Shown here one piece after another: positions 19,319 through 29,602 of a stretch of DNA of 64,000 bases. The position numbers and the translations under genes are program-made. Below the pieces are notes generated by a model, which ran no database searches, had not been told where the DNA came from, and was given only the letters and a program-made list of their open reading frames with translations. Origin of the DNA: a virus (Duplodnaviria > Heunggongvirae > Uroviricota > Caudoviricetes); IMG/VR virus record IMGVR_UViG_3300042314_001251, positions 31,580-95,579 of that record; one strand, given 5' to 3'. Position 1 is the first letter of the stretch; the number at the start of each line of letters is the position of its first letter.

Positions 19319-19648
19319 ATGAAAAAAATTATTGAGTTTGTAAAAAAATATAAAATCTACATTTTATCGGGATTATTATTTATCTTCTTTTTCCGTTCTT
19401 GTATTAAATCAGGTGAGGTAAGAAAGTTGGATAAAATTAAAACTAAAAATGAAAGAGTTATTGATAGTTTAACTTCTGTTGTTAACGGACAAAAAGACAC
19501 TATTAATAATATTTCTGAAGTAATTAGAATGGAAAAAATTAGAGTCCATAGAAATTATGATAATTATATTTCTTCTAAAGACAGGGGTGACCAATTAATG
19601 GAACTCCATATGGTTGTGAAAAAAAATATTAAAGAACTAGAAAAATGA
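19319..19648 (+). CDS. hypothetical protein with N-terminal TM helix
   Basis: KIYILSGLLFIFFFRSCI hydrophobic segment. Confidence 0.5.
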   Translation: MKKIIEFVKKYKIYILSGLLFIFFFRSCIKSGEVRKLDKIKTKNERVIDSLTSVVNGQKDTINNISEVIRMEKIRVHRNYDNYISSKDRGDQLMELHMVVKKNIKELEK

Positions 19649-20604
19649 GAAAAATAATTAATTGGGTTAAGGACAACCCAAACAGAAGTATGTTCTTGTT
19701 ACCTATTATATTGGTAGCAGGAATTTCTATTTCACACGTTGTTTCTTGGTATGATATTACTAACCCATTTAGTTGGGCAGTTTACTTATCAGTCGCTATT
19801 GAAATAGGTGCTATGACAGCTTTGGTCGCAGCAACAAATAAAATGAAAGGTGGGGTTTGGTTTATGTTTGGATTGATTACACTAATCCAAATGATTGGTA
19901 ACATATTCTTCTCATTTAAAGAAATTGACGCAAACGGTTCTTTATTTAAATCTTGGGTTGAACTTACGGGTCCACTTTGGGATATGATTGGTTCAGATTC
20001 TACCGATGTTGTTTCCATGAAAAGATGGTTGGCATTTTTAGAGGGTGGATTACTACCTATTATATCACTAACCTCACTACATTTCTTTGTTAAGTATGAA
20101 AAATCTAATTCCCCAAAAAAGGAAGAGATTTCTCCAAATGAAGAGGTAATTACTGTAAATCAAGTACAAATTGAAGAAACCAATTCCCCAAAAGAAGATG
20201 AAAACTTGTTTCAAGAAGAGGTTTATTTACCTACAAAGGAAGAGGCTTTAATCGAAATAAATGAGACTCTTAATAAAGAGGTTAAAAAAGTTTGGGCAAA
20301 AGTTGAGGAATTAAGAGAAGAAAGTAAATTACCTGAAACAACAGAAGAGGATGATTCATCTGAACCTACCACTTTAGCTAATTCTGAATATAGACTAGAA
20401 GAAATTAATGAGGAGGATGATGAACAACCATTGTTAGTTGAAGAAGAAAATCCTGAAGATGAAATAATTATTCCCATGACAGGAGACACTAGAGTAGTTG
20501 AAGTTGGAACAGATATTAAAGCTGGAAAAACTTTGGGTGATGAATTAACTAAAAGTTGGAATAGAATAATCAAAAAAAATAACACTATCGATAGATTAGG
20601 TTAA
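19645..20604 (+). CDS. multi-pass membrane protein with acidic C-terminal region
   Basis: About 4 hydrophobic helices in the first 150 aa; E/D-rich C-terminus. Confidence 0.5.
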   Translation: MRKIINWVKDNPNRSMFLLPIILVAGISISHVVSWYDITNPFSWAVYLSVAIEIGAMTALVAATNKMKGGVWFMFGLITLIQMIGNIFFSFKEIDANGSLFKSWVELTGPLWDMIGSDSTDVVSMKRWLAFLEGGLLPIISLTSLHFFVKYEKSNSPKKEEISPNEEVITVNQVQIEETNSPKEDENLFQEEVYLPTKEEALIEINETLNKEVKKVWAKVEELREESKLPETTEEDDSSEPTTLANSEYRLEEINEEDDEQPLLVEEENPEDEIIIPMTGDTRVVEVGTDIKAGKTLGDELTKSWNRIIKKNNTIDRLG

Positions 20605-21188
20605 TGATTAACGAAATATCATATCTTTTAGGTGAAAATAATTACTACAAACAAACCTACGAAAAAACTCAAATAGTAGTTGGTCATAATAGTAGAAAAG
20701 ATATGCGTCACTACCATTCATGGATTAATAGGAGAAATGGTGGTTATAAAAAAACAGCCACCTTCTCAATAGATAAGGATGGTTCTATTTATAAACATTA
20801 CGACCCAAAATACTATTCAGATTTTTTAGGTTGTGAACAAGATAAATGTAATATATCAATAGTATTAGTTAACGAAGGTTGGGTAAAATTAAACGATATG
20901 AACGTGTTTGTTGACTGGTTAGGGCATACTTATAGTAAAAATAGTGATTTATTAGAAAAGAATTGGAGGAACTATAAATATTGGATAAAATACACCGAAA
21001 AACAGTTTGATTCCCTTAATTATTTAATAAATCATTTATGTGAAAACTATAATATTAAAAATAAATTTATTGGTCATAATGTTTATGATGAAAATATAGA
21101 TTTATTTAAAGGAATAACTTTTAGGAGTAATTACTTTAAGGATATAACGGATGTAAGTCCGGCTTTTGAATTTGAAAAAATAAAATAA
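20604..21188 (+). CDS. putative N-acetylmuramoyl-L-alanine amidase (amidase_2/PGRP-like)
   Basis: VVGHNSRKDMRHYHSW...NGGY..TFSIDKDGSIY..LVNEGWV resembles zinc-amidase His/His motifs; weak. Confidence 0.4.
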   Translation: MINEISYLLGENNYYKQTYEKTQIVVGHNSRKDMRHYHSWINRRNGGYKKTATFSIDKDGSIYKHYDPKYYSDFLGCEQDKCNISIVLVNEGWVKLNDMNVFVDWLGHTYSKNSDLLEKNWRNYKYWIKYTEKQFDSLNYLINHLCENYNIKNKFIGHNVYDENIDLFKGITFRSNYFKDITDVSPAFEFEKIK

Positions 21189-21189
21189 A

Positions 21190-21741
21190 ATGGATGATAG
21201 AAAATTTTTAGACAAAATTAGAAAATTACAAGAAAGTGGTCAAAAAATTGGTCTAACAGAATCTACTGTAGGTAAATCTACATTAAAAGACTCTAGTTTT
21301 AGAAGACTTTTAAAAGAGTACGAGGAAAATACTAATATACAAACAGTTGAACCTGACGAACAAAGAGACGAAGAAAATAAGTTTAAAGATACTGTATCTA
21401 AATTGGTTAAATTTAACCCAATTAAGGTACATAAAGAAAACGTTGAGTGGTCAGGAAATCTTGTAAGAGAAAAGATTCAATGGAACTACTCACTAGATGA
21501 AAAAATTGGTTGTTATATTCAATCAATGACAGATGGAGGTACTTCAGCACCAATTCAATTAACGGATGATACTTTAGAAGTTATTAAAAAACTTAGAGGT
21601 TATTATGATGTATGGAGTGATGAATGGTCAGCAAGATTAACGGGTGGTTCAGCAGAAGAAACAACCGAAGAAACACCAGTAGAAACTGCACCCACAGAAG
21701 CAGGTACAGAAGGTAAAGAAACAGGAGGATTTGGATTTTAA
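21190..21741 (+). CDS. hypothetical protein
   Basis: 183-aa ORF. Confidence 0.5.
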   Translation: MDDRKFLDKIRKLQESGQKIGLTESTVGKSTLKDSSFRRLLKEYEENTNIQTVEPDEQRDEENKFKDTVSKLVKFNPIKVHKENVEWSGNLVREKIQWNYSLDEKIGCYIQSMTDGGTSAPIQLTDDTLEVIKKLRGYYDVWSDEWSARLTGGSAEETTEETPVETAPTEAGTEGKETGGFGF

Positions 21742-21743
21742 TT

Positions 21744-22550
21744 ATGAAAGGTATTAATTTAAAAGACACCATTTTATTTGGTGGTATTATGTTTTTAATC
21801 ATTTTACTTATGATGAGTAGATGTGAAAAAACTAAAATGGAAAAAGACTTGTATGAACAAGTTAGAGCAACAAATAAAGAAATTGTTAAAAACAGTAAAC
21901 TAATAAAAGAAAAAGACGGGCAATACTCTAAGTTTGTCAATAATTTCAACGACCAAAAAGATTTACTTAAACAATTAAAGGAAGAAAATAAAGATTTATA
22001 TAAAACAATCAAAAAAAGTGATGAAAAACTTTTAATGATTAATAATACATTGATTACACTAGAAGGACAAGTTTCGGAAGGTTTTGGTAAAATTAATCCT
22101 AGTGATAGTAATTTAATTGATTTAAAATTAAAATACCCTAACGACAAAGATTGGTTTATTTCTTGGGATGGTACAGTACATAAGAAGACAGCTTTCTATA
22201 AAGGTGACTGGACTTTTGGTAAATTACCTTTACAGATTATTTTAACTGAAACAGATAAAGGTATATGGAATAGTAGATTAATTGGACCAGAATGGTTAAA
22301 GGTTGATAAAATGGAGGTTAATGCTATTAAACCTGAAGACATTACATCACCATATGTACCACAACCACGTAATTTTGGACTTATGTTAGGTGGTGGTTAT
22401 GTAAAAGGATTTGCTAATCCAACAACTAACGCACTTTCAATAGGTATAGGTGGGTTCTTTAAAAATCATTCAGTAATAGTTAATGGAACAACTAATAGTA
22501 CGATAGGCTTTAATTATTATTACAGATTTGTTACTTTTAAGAAAAAATAA
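21744..22550 (+). CDS. hypothetical membrane-anchored protein
   Basis: N-terminal TM helix ILFGGIMFLIILLMM. Confidence 0.5.
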   Translation: MKGINLKDTILFGGIMFLIILLMMSRCEKTKMEKDLYEQVRATNKEIVKNSKLIKEKDGQYSKFVNNFNDQKDLLKQLKEENKDLYKTIKKSDEKLLMINNTLITLEGQVSEGFGKINPSDSNLIDLKLKYPNDKDWFISWDGTVHKKTAFYKGDWTFGKLPLQIILTETDKGIWNSRLIGPEWLKVDKMEVNAIKPEDITSPYVPQPRNFGLMLGGGYVKGFANPTTNALSIGIGGFFKNHSVIVNGTTNSTIGFNYYYRFVTFKKK

Positions 22551-22555
22551 TTGTC

Positions 22556-22882
22556 ATGAGTAGTAATTTACAGGTTAAAAGATTAATAGAAGAAATACAA
22601 GAAAACAGTCACAAAAAAGTTATTGTTTACGCATTAGATGGTTGTCCAGCGTGTGAAGAGTTTAAAAGTAAGATTGATAAAATAGGTCTTGTTTTTGAAA
22701 ATATCGGTATGGATGGTAACGACGTTATGTGGAAAATGTTAAGTGAAAAAGGTGGTAGTGACTTTGTTCCACAAGTTGAAGTGGAGGGTTATTTGATTAA
22801 AGAGGAAGAATATGAAACTGTTAATGAGTTGGTTAGTAAGACCTTATCGAGACTCTTAGAACGAAAAATTATAATTAAATAA
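22556..22882 (+). CDS. glutaredoxin/NrdH-like thiol-disulfide redox protein
   Basis: VIVYALDGCPACEEFKSK (CPxC active site in a thioredoxin-fold context). Confidence 0.6.
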   Translation: MSSNLQVKRLIEEIQENSHKKVIVYALDGCPACEEFKSKIDKIGLVFENIGMDGNDVMWKMLSEKGGSDFVPQVEVEGYLIKEEEYETVNELVSKTLSRLLERKIIIK

Positions 22883-22893
22883 TTAAAAAATTA

Positions 22894-22923
22894 AAACCAC
22901 TTAAAATTTAGGTGGTTTTTTTA
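22894..22923 (+). terminator. intrinsic terminator (AAACCAC-loop-GTGGTTT + T-run)
   Basis: 7-bp stem, 11-nt loop, T8. Confidence 0.6.
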
Positions 22924-22977
22924 TGCTCAGAAGATATTTATCTAATAAATAATAATCGATTATTAAAAAAACACAAA

Positions 22978-23142
22978 ATGGCAAAGGTATTAAGATACAA
23001 TGAAGAAGAATTCGTAACTCTATTAGAGAACATCGTAAAAAGAGTTAAAAAAGAACAAATGTTAGAAGAGGCTAGAAAAAATAGAAAAGCTAACCTATCT
23101 GAAAATTTCAATAGACTTAGAGAAAGAAGAAGTCGTAATTAA
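22978..23142 (+). CDS. hypothetical small basic protein
   Basis: First ATG in the frame the ORF track opens at 22912 (non-ATG). Confidence 0.4.
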   Translation: MAKVLRYNEEEFVTLLENIVKRVKKEQMLEEARKNRKANLSENFNRLRERRSRN

Positions 23143-23144
23143 TA

Positions 23145-23414
23145 ATGAAAAGTCTTATTAAACAAGTCCTTAAGGAAGAACTAACTCGTGCCGATAAAGC
23201 TGAAATTAAAAAAATAGCAAGGACCGAGTTTGAAGACATGCTTAAAAGTTCCAACATCAAATCAAAGATAGAGGATATTGTTAAAAAACAACTTAAAAAC
23301 GATAAAGCAACCCAAAAAGAAGTTGCTGATATCACACAAAAAGTATTAGTACAATTCTATAAAACCCTTTGGACTAGAAGAAGTTTTTGGGCTAATAAAT
23401 TAGATAACATATAA
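23145..23414 (+). CDS. hypothetical small protein (N-terminal LIKQVLKEELT motif shared with several other small ORFs)
   Basis: 89-aa ORF. Confidence 0.45.
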   Translation: MKSLIKQVLKEELTRADKAEIKKIARTEFEDMLKSSNIKSKIEDIVKKQLKNDKATQKEVADITQKVLVQFYKTLWTRRSFWANKLDNI

Positions 23415-25042
23415 TGTCATATAATTTAATTAATAGAGACCCAATAGCTAAAGTAGGGATGAGAATCCGTATGGGTGAATTTGATGCCAACAATCCATCT
23501 AAAAAAAATTCTGAATGGAAACCTGATGTAAGTGCAGTAAAAAAAGATTTAGAAGGTACTATATATAAAATAGATGACATTGGTACCTTACATGTTAAGT
23601 GGGACAACGGGAGTACAATGGGGATTATACCTAATATAGACACTTATACGTTATTACCATCTTTAAAAGACCAGGTAGATTTTAATGTTTTTGAGGCTGA
23701 AGATAAACCTATTTTAAATAATAGTAAGGCAACTCCAGCAGGAAAAAATCTATCAAAAAAGTTTAAAGCACCAATGAAAAAACTTGGTGTAAAATCTGAA
23801 TCTGAGGAAAAAAATCTATCAAAAGAGGTTGATTGTGAAATGTGTGACCATTCTTGGGACATAGAACCAAAAGAAAAACACCCATACTTATGTCATGATT
23901 GTGGTTACGATAACAAATCTAAAAAATATAACTACAAAGAACTTGAAAACTTTCGGAAGAAACATAAAAAAGAGGGTGAGTTAGAAGAAACTATGACAGC
24001 CGGTGGAGGAAATGGTTTAGCTGGTGCATCAGGTTATGCATTTACAGGTTCATTAGGTGGTACCAAAAAAACAAACGAAAACAAAATCATTAAAGTAAAA
24101 GATTTAATGAAAGAAGAAACTACCACAAGTGCTATTTCAGCAACGGTAGATTTTGTGGTAGCTAATTTATTGGGTTGGGGTACAAAGGAGGATATGAGTC
24201 CACCTTGGCCTTCACCTAAAAGAAAAGCTGATAATAATGAAATAGAAGATTGGTGGTGGCAAAAAATACCAACATACAATGGTGGTGTTATAACAGACCC
24301 TTATGCCAAAACAAACGAAACTTGGGACGACGACCAATTAGAGGTTCATATTGACGGTGATATGACGCAATTTCAAAAAGACGTTTATAAAAACCCTAAA
24401 AAATATAAACAATCTGTTATTACAATTGACAAGGGGTTTGACCTTAACGTTAGTCCACCAAATAATGATTGGAAAACATCATTACAAAAAGGGGTAACTT
24501 TAAAAAACCAAAAATCAGAAGAACCCGCTGAACATTTTCGTAATAGACACTATTCAAGAACCATCAAGAAAGAAGAGGTATCTAATTTTGTAAATGATTT
24601 ACTTTCAGAATCTAAGAAAAAAGAAAAGGAAAAAGAGGATTTAGAAGAAACAACAACATTTGGTTCTGTATTTGGTGGTGGTTTCCCTGTAGGTCCTGCT
24701 TTTGCAGCTAAGAAAGGGAAATGGACACCATCTAAAAAACCTATATGGAAAGGTGGTAAAATCATCCAAAGATTAGATAATACTGGTATTCTAGGTGAAA
24801 ACACTTTATTTACTGAAATAAATAAAATTAAGTTTGTCCCAAAAGGAGGTAAATTTGTTAAGATTAAAGACAAATGTGCTAAATATAATAACCAACCATG
24901 GTGTAGTCAGGGAGCAATAGATAAACCTTTAGAACTTAGTAATAATACCTTTGAAAGTATTAAAAAAGTCTCTAAAGAAACTGGTTTACCTTTTAATATT
25001 ATCTTAGATAAAATCAAATTAAAGATACTAAACAATAAATAA
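23414..25042 (+). CDS. hypothetical large Lys-rich protein with Cys4 zinc ribbon
   Basis: CEMCDHSWDIEPKEKHPYLCHDCGYDN; 542 aa. Confidence 0.55.
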   Translation: MSYNLINRDPIAKVGMRIRMGEFDANNPSKKNSEWKPDVSAVKKDLEGTIYKIDDIGTLHVKWDNGSTMGIIPNIDTYTLLPSLKDQVDFNVFEAEDKPILNNSKATPAGKNLSKKFKAPMKKLGVKSESEEKNLSKEVDCEMCDHSWDIEPKEKHPYLCHDCGYDNKSKKYNYKELENFRKKHKKEGELEETMTAGGGNGLAGASGYAFTGSLGGTKKTNENKIIKVKDLMKEETTTSAISATVDFVVANLLGWGTKEDMSPPWPSPKRKADNNEIEDWWWQKIPTYNGGVITDPYAKTNETWDDDQLEVHIDGDMTQFQKDVYKNPKKYKQSVITIDKGFDLNVSPPNNDWKTSLQKGVTLKNQKSEEPAEHFRNRHYSRTIKKEEVSNFVNDLLSESKKKEKEKEDLEETTTFGSVFGGGFPVGPAFAAKKGKWTPSKKPIWKGGKIIQRLDNTGILGENTLFTEINKIKFVPKGGKFVKIKDKCAKYNNQPWCSQGAIDKPLELSNNTFESIKKVSKETGLPFNIILDKIKLKILNNK

Positions 25043-25067
25043 AGATATTTATAATAAAAACATAGAC

Positions 25068-26036
25068 ATGTCAAATAAGATTAATAAACTAGTTAAAAAG
25101 AACTTAAATACTTTACTTGAAACTAAAGGATTTGAGGATATGGAAGTTGCTTTTGGTGTTAAACACAAAAGTGATAACCTTTCTGACGCTGAAAAAGGCC
25201 AATTTGGTTCAATGGAGTCAATCCAAGACAAAGAAAGTGGTGTTGTTAAATTAGGTACTTCTACTGTACAACCAGCATTAAATAAAGTACATAAAGAAGA
25301 TGTGAAAGATGCTGAAGAGTATTACAAAATGGTTTTGGATAGAATGAGAAACTTCCAAAAGACAGATACTTCTGAACCATCACAAATTGGTGAGGCTTTT
25401 AAACCTAAAAAGGTTAATAGAGAAGATGACCAAACAAAAGATTATGATGTATATGATACTGAAGCTTTAGGACCTGGTATGTTAGCACTAAAATATGATA
25501 ATGAAGGAACACCTGTTCACGATGAATTCGTGAAAAGACAAGATGAGTTAAACGGTAACGACTCTACATATCTAAAATTAAGAGGTTATTCAGAAAAGTA
25601 TTTAAAACACAAATACGGAACACCTGATGAATACCACTACTCACCAAAAGTTAGAACAACTGATAAACCTATTGCTGAATCAGATAAAAAATACTCTGAC
25701 GTTATTGAAGAAAATATATTCAAAACAAAAAGTAAGATAACATCAAAAGAACAGGTTATTAGATTAACAGAAAAGTTACCTTCTAGAGTTAAGATTGATG
25801 AGACAGTATTTGCTGTTACTGACGGTAATAACTATTATAGATTGATTTGGGAAGGTGAAGAAGACGGTGAAGCGGTTATTACACACGAAAAAAATACTAA
25901 GGTAGTTAGTGAGTCGATTGATAAAATGAAACATTTGTGGGGTTATAAAGCATCGGATTCTATTTCCACTAAAAACATTGTTAAAGAAAACGAAGAAGAT
26001 AAGTTTAAAACATTATTTAGACAAATGAAAAAATAA
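25068..26036 (+). CDS. hypothetical protein
   Basis: 322-aa ORF. Confidence 0.55.
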   Translation: MSNKINKLVKKNLNTLLETKGFEDMEVAFGVKHKSDNLSDAEKGQFGSMESIQDKESGVVKLGTSTVQPALNKVHKEDVKDAEEYYKMVLDRMRNFQKTDTSEPSQIGEAFKPKKVNREDDQTKDYDVYDTEALGPGMLALKYDNEGTPVHDEFVKRQDELNGNDSTYLKLRGYSEKYLKHKYGTPDEYHYSPKVRTTDKPIAESDKKYSDVIEENIFKTKSKITSKEQVIRLTEKLPSRVKIDETVFAVTDGNNYYRLIWEGEEDGEAVITHEKNTKVVSESIDKMKHLWGYKASDSISTKNIVKENEEDKFKTLFRQMKK

Positions 26037-26041
26037 TCACT

Positions 26042-26368
26042 ATGGCAAATGAAAAAAAAATAAACACGGAACCAACAAAAAAGAAGTGGTATTCAGTAGC
26101 AGCAGAAAAAATTAAATGGTTTTTTACTGAAGTTATGAATATGTATTCAGCTAGTGATTCTTATTTTTCTAAAAAAAGAATTGAATCTGGTGTAGCTTTT
26201 GTTATAGCTCAATGGGGGATGATATTTTTTTTAATGGAAAAACATAGTAAACTAAGTATGGGTGAATTTCTATTATGGGCTTCAGCGGAATTTGCGGTCG
26301 CGGGATGGATGATTACTAAAATACAGAAAGAAAAAAATACAAATCATAACGAAGAAAACCCTCAGTAA
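26042..26368 (+). CDS. small two-TM membrane protein (holin-like candidate)
   Basis: Two hydrophobic helices (VAFVIAQWGMIFFLM; FLLWASAEFAVAGWMI), charged C-terminus; located before the lysozyme gene. Confidence 0.4.
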   Translation: MANEKKINTEPTKKKWYSVAAEKIKWFFTEVMNMYSASDSYFSKKRIESGVAFVIAQWGMIFFLMEKHSKLSMGEFLLWASAEFAVAGWMITKIQKEKNTNHNEENPQ

Positions 26369-26381
26369 GAGGGTTTTTTTA
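26357..26381 (+). terminator. intrinsic terminator (AACCCTC-loop-GAGGGTT + T7)
   Basis: Stem overlaps the stop codon of 26042..26368. Confidence 0.6.
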
Positions 26382-26403
26382 TTTATAATCATATTTATGT
26401 AAT

Positions 26404-26787
26404 ATGAAAAAAGTAATTAGACTTACAGAATTAGATTTAACAAGAATTGTCAAAAGAATTCTTAAAGAAGAGGCTGAAGAAAAAGTTGAGGTAACATATA
26501 GTACTTCACATGGTGATATAACTTATATTGGGCAATTAGGTAGAAACCCTAACGAAGATTTATATTATTTTAAACCAGAGGAAGGTGGGTTTGAATTTAT
26601 GTCTAATAGTAGTATGAAACCTAATTGGGGTCTTGAAAAAGAATTTAATAGATTAGTCGGAAAAAAATTAACTGTTGATTATGAATATGGTCCTTCTATT
26701 AAATTAGGTGGTCAAATAAATCATGGTAAAATGTTTATTAAAGGCCTCTTAAACGGTGAGGAGAATGTTAAAATAAAAAAAATTTAA
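26404..26787 (+). CDS. hypothetical protein
   Basis: 127-aa ORF, N-terminal IVKRILKEEAEE motif. Confidence 0.5.
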   Translation: MKKVIRLTELDLTRIVKRILKEEAEEKVEVTYSTSHGDITYIGQLGRNPNEDLYYFKPEEGGFEFMSNSSMKPNWGLEKEFNRLVGKKLTVDYEYGPSIKLGGQINHGKMFIKGLLNGEENVKIKKI

Positions 26788-26794
26788 TTTATTA

Positions 26795-26826
26795 AACCCC
26801 ATCTTTATATAGTTAGGGTTTTTTTT
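26795..26826 (+). terminator. possible intrinsic terminator (imperfect stem AACCC/GGGTT + T8)
   Basis: Short stem with a large loop; weak. Confidence 0.35.
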
Positions 26827-26857
26827 ATGTCTAAGAATATTTATAAATAAAAACATT

Positions 26858-27316
26858 ATGAAAATTACAAAAACAAGTGAGAAAGGTATTGATTTAATTA
26901 AATCTTTTGAAGGATTTATGTCAAAACCTTATTTATGTCCAGCTAAAATCCCAACAATTGGGTATGGAGCAACTTTTTACCCTGACGGTAAAAAAGTAAC
27001 CTTAAATGACAAAGCGATTACTGAAGCGGAAGGTGTTGCGTTATTAAAAAGTATGTTAGTAAAGTTTGAACAATACGTTGATTCTTACTGTGTGGATACA
27101 ATTAATCAAGGTCAATTTGATGCATTAGTTTCTTTCGCCTATAACTTAGGTCCAGCTAACTTAAAATCTAGTACATTACTTAAAAAAGTTAATACTGACC
27201 CTAACGACCCAACTATTGAAGTTGAATTCTTAAAATGGACTAAAGCTGGTGGTAAAACACTTAAAGGTTTGGTAAGAAGAAGAGAGGCTGAAGTTAAATT
27301 ATATTTTAATAAATAA
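26858..27316 (+). CDS. phage lysozyme (GH24, T4-e/lambda-R-like muramidase)
   Basis: GIDLIKSFEGFMSKPYLCPAKIPTIGYG matches the GH24 catalytic Glu ... GYG motif. Confidence 0.7.
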   Translation: MKITKTSEKGIDLIKSFEGFMSKPYLCPAKIPTIGYGATFYPDGKKVTLNDKAITEAEGVALLKSMLVKFEQYVDSYCVDTINQGQFDALVSFAYNLGPANLKSSTLLKKVNTDPNDPTIEVEFLKWTKAGGKTLKGLVRRREAEVKLYFNK

Positions 27317-27322
27317 AAAAAA

Positions 27323-27913
27323 ATGAGTTATACAAGAGAACAAATTGAAACAGCAGTTAAATCAAAAGGATACGTTTGGTTTGAAGGCACTAAAGATTAC
27401 GATGTGAACATTGTAGGGGTAAGAAATTCCGCTACTGGAGATAAAGTTACTAATGTATTTGATGATACAATGACTATATCTTATAAAGAAAATGGTGAAT
27501 GGAAATTCCGCACTTGGTCATGTACAACAGACCCAGGTAAAAAAGGGGTTATGGAGTATCATAACGCAGCTGGTGTAGCTAGATTAGTGGAAGGTCAGTA
27601 CAGAGGTTCACACACAATTAGATTACACCAAGGTAAGTATGAGGCGTTAGGTCAAGCAAAGAATGTTAAAGTTTATCGTGATGCTAATCGTGATATGAAA
27701 TATGATGAGACTAAAATTACTGAAGGTGTTTACGGTATCAATATTCATAAAGCAGGTGCTGATTCTACTTACGTAGAGAATTGGTCAGAAGGTTGTCAAG
27801 TATTTAAAAAATCAGCTGATTTTGAAGAATTTATGAAAATCTGTAGAAAAGCTAAAGATATTCATGGAAATTCATTTACCTACACTCTTATTGAGTCAAA
27901 AGATATTGTTTAA
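27323..27913 (+). CDS. putative cell-wall-active enzyme (YkuD/L,D-transpeptidase-like His...SxGC motif)
   Basis: GINIHKAG...NWSEGCQVF resembles the YkuD catalytic H...(S/T)xGC(I/V) signature; speculative. Confidence 0.35.
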   Translation: MSYTREQIETAVKSKGYVWFEGTKDYDVNIVGVRNSATGDKVTNVFDDTMTISYKENGEWKFRTWSCTTDPGKKGVMEYHNAAGVARLVEGQYRGSHTIRLHQGKYEALGQAKNVKVYRDANRDMKYDETKITEGVYGINIHKAGADSTYVENWSEGCQVFKKSADFEEFMKICRKAKDIHGNSFTYTLIESKDIV

Positions 27914-27967
27914 CAATATTTAAACAGTAAACCTATAAATCTAAGAAATAGTCATTAATATTAATAA

Positions 27968-28447
27968 ATGGGTAAAATTAATAAGATATCAAAGACTATA
28001 GATTTTATAGAGTACATATCAAAAAATATGGAAAAAGACGATTTAATGTTGTTATATAAAATTAATAATATAACACAAGAAAAATTAGAGTTATTTTTCG
28101 ATTTTATATACTCACTAAATGAGTTAGTTTTAACTACATATATGGGTGATGATGTTACTATCGGTGAAGAAAAGAATAATCATTTTAAATGGTGTTGGTC
28201 AAAAGTGATTAGTTCCTTTAAAGAAGAGAGAATCTACTTCATCGATGTAACAGAATTATTTAATTATTTTAAAGAGTTTTATAAAGAATCTTTTTATTAC
28301 GAAGAAGATAAAGATATTGATAGTACAAAAAAGATAACCGAGTTTTGGGGACAGTTGTTTGATTTTAGTAAAGGTAAAACAATGTCTGAATATGAAACTC
28401 TTTTAGAACTCTACAAAATATTTAATAAAAGTTTTGTAGTAAATTAA
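27968..28447 (+). CDS. hypothetical protein
   Basis: 159-aa ORF. Confidence 0.5.
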   Translation: MGKINKISKTIDFIEYISKNMEKDDLMLLYKINNITQEKLELFFDFIYSLNELVLTTYMGDDVTIGEEKNNHFKWCWSKVISSFKEERIYFIDVTELFNYFKEFYKESFYYEEDKDIDSTKKITEFWGQLFDFSKGKTMSEYETLLELYKIFNKSFVVN

Positions 28448-28511
28448 TATTATTTTAACCCAATACTGTTTAATTTTAAACAAATTAGGTTAATTTAAAT
28501 AAAAATGTTTT

Positions 28512-28751
28512 ATGAATTTTAAAGATTTAAATATTGTAAGTAACGAACTTATACAGGAAAAATTAAAAGCCGAATCCAATATCGAACACTTGATATTAGA
28601 TAAAAATTTAAATCCAGAAGAAAAAATAAAAAGCATAATCAAGGAATTAGGTAGACTAAAAGACGCGTCATTAATGATTACGTATTGGGAGTCTTTTATA
28701 TCTAATAATTTAATAACCCCTAAAAACGAAGGGGAAAATAATAATGAATAA
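28512..28751 (+). CDS. hypothetical small protein
   Basis: 79-aa ORF. Confidence 0.45.
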   Translation: MNFKDLNIVSNELIQEKLKAESNIEHLILDKNLNPEEKIKSIIKELGRLKDASLMITYWESFISNNLITPKNEGENNNE

Positions 28752-28763
28752 AAAATAATTAAA

Positions 28764-28949
28764 ATGGAAAAAATTATTGAACTAGAAAATCTTGTAAAAT
28801 CTTTTAGAGATGATTACGAAAAATTTATTGAAAAAGGTAATAAAACTGCTGGTACTAGAGCAAGAAAAACTTTACAAGACATTCGTAATGTGGCTAAAGA
28901 CACTAGAGATGAAATTAGTAACACTAAAAAACAAATGGTAACACCGTAA
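28764..28949 (+). CDS. hypothetical small protein
   Basis: 61-aa ORF. Confidence 0.4.
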   Translation: MEKIIELENLVKSFRDDYEKFIEKGNKTAGTRARKTLQDIRNVAKDTRDEISNTKKQMVTP

Positions 28950-29152
28950 TGGGAGAATTTTTTTTAAATAAAGTTTTATTAGTTATATTCATAATGGGTG
29001 TCTTTAATGTACTTAAACACTCTTGGAATATAATAAATGGGTTGAGGTCGGAAGTACCCACTAAATACGAAATCTCTACTTGGGACAGGTTTTTATTGGG
29101 TCTTTCTATCTCATACATTATCACAGCATTACTCACAGGAATTCAATTATAA
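28949..29152 (+). CDS. small two-TM membrane protein
   Basis: LLVIFIMGVFNVL and LLGLSISYIITALLTGI. Confidence 0.4.
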   Translation: MGEFFLNKVLLVIFIMGVFNVLKHSWNIINGLRSEVPTKYEISTWDRFLLGLSISYIITALLTGIQL

Positions 29153-29601
29153 TGATACAAAAAAGAATAGACAAACTACAACCTTTTTTTAAGGGGTTAA
29201 AAGTTGCTGAAGGTTATAGAATAGTTGAGGTTAACTTAAGAAAGACTTGGGAAATAGAGGAAACAGATGAAATTCAGGTTTCACAAAAAGAAACCAAAGA
29301 ACAAGGTTCTCTTTATAATATGTTTTATTCAGATACAAAAAGTTTTGATGAAATTTTAGATTATATTGAAGAAAAGGTAATTAACTATAATCTAGAAATT
29401 GAGGAAAAAGAAAGATTACTTAAAGCTAAGGTTGAGGAACTTAAAAGAGTTTTTGAAACAAAAAGTTTAGATGAACTTAATCACCTTAAATTCACTACAG
29501 AAGAGAATAATCTAAAGTTGAACGCAAAAAACATTATCGCTAATGTTACTACAACAAACGAACAACAAGATAATAACAAAACAACAGAAAAAATTTCTTA
29601 A
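29152..29601 (+). CDS. hypothetical coiled-coil protein
   Basis: ATG at 29152 in the frame the ORF track opens at 29080 (overlapping upstream gene). Confidence 0.45.
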   Translation: MIQKRIDKLQPFFKGLKVAEGYRIVEVNLRKTWEIEETDEIQVSQKETKEQGSLYNMFYSDTKSFDEILDYIEEKVINYNLEIEEKERLLKAKVEELKRVFETKSLDELNHLKFTTEENNLKLNAKNIIANVTTTNEQQDNNKTTEKIS

Positions 29602-29602
29602 A

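Noticed and set aside
26042-27913. Calling a complete holin-endolysin-spanin lysis cassette
   Set aside because: The GH24 lysozyme is solid, but the holin and YkuD-like assignments are weak. The amidase-like gene is 6 kb away, and no spanin-like lipoprotein/TM pair is adjacent. Reported only as individual tentative calls.
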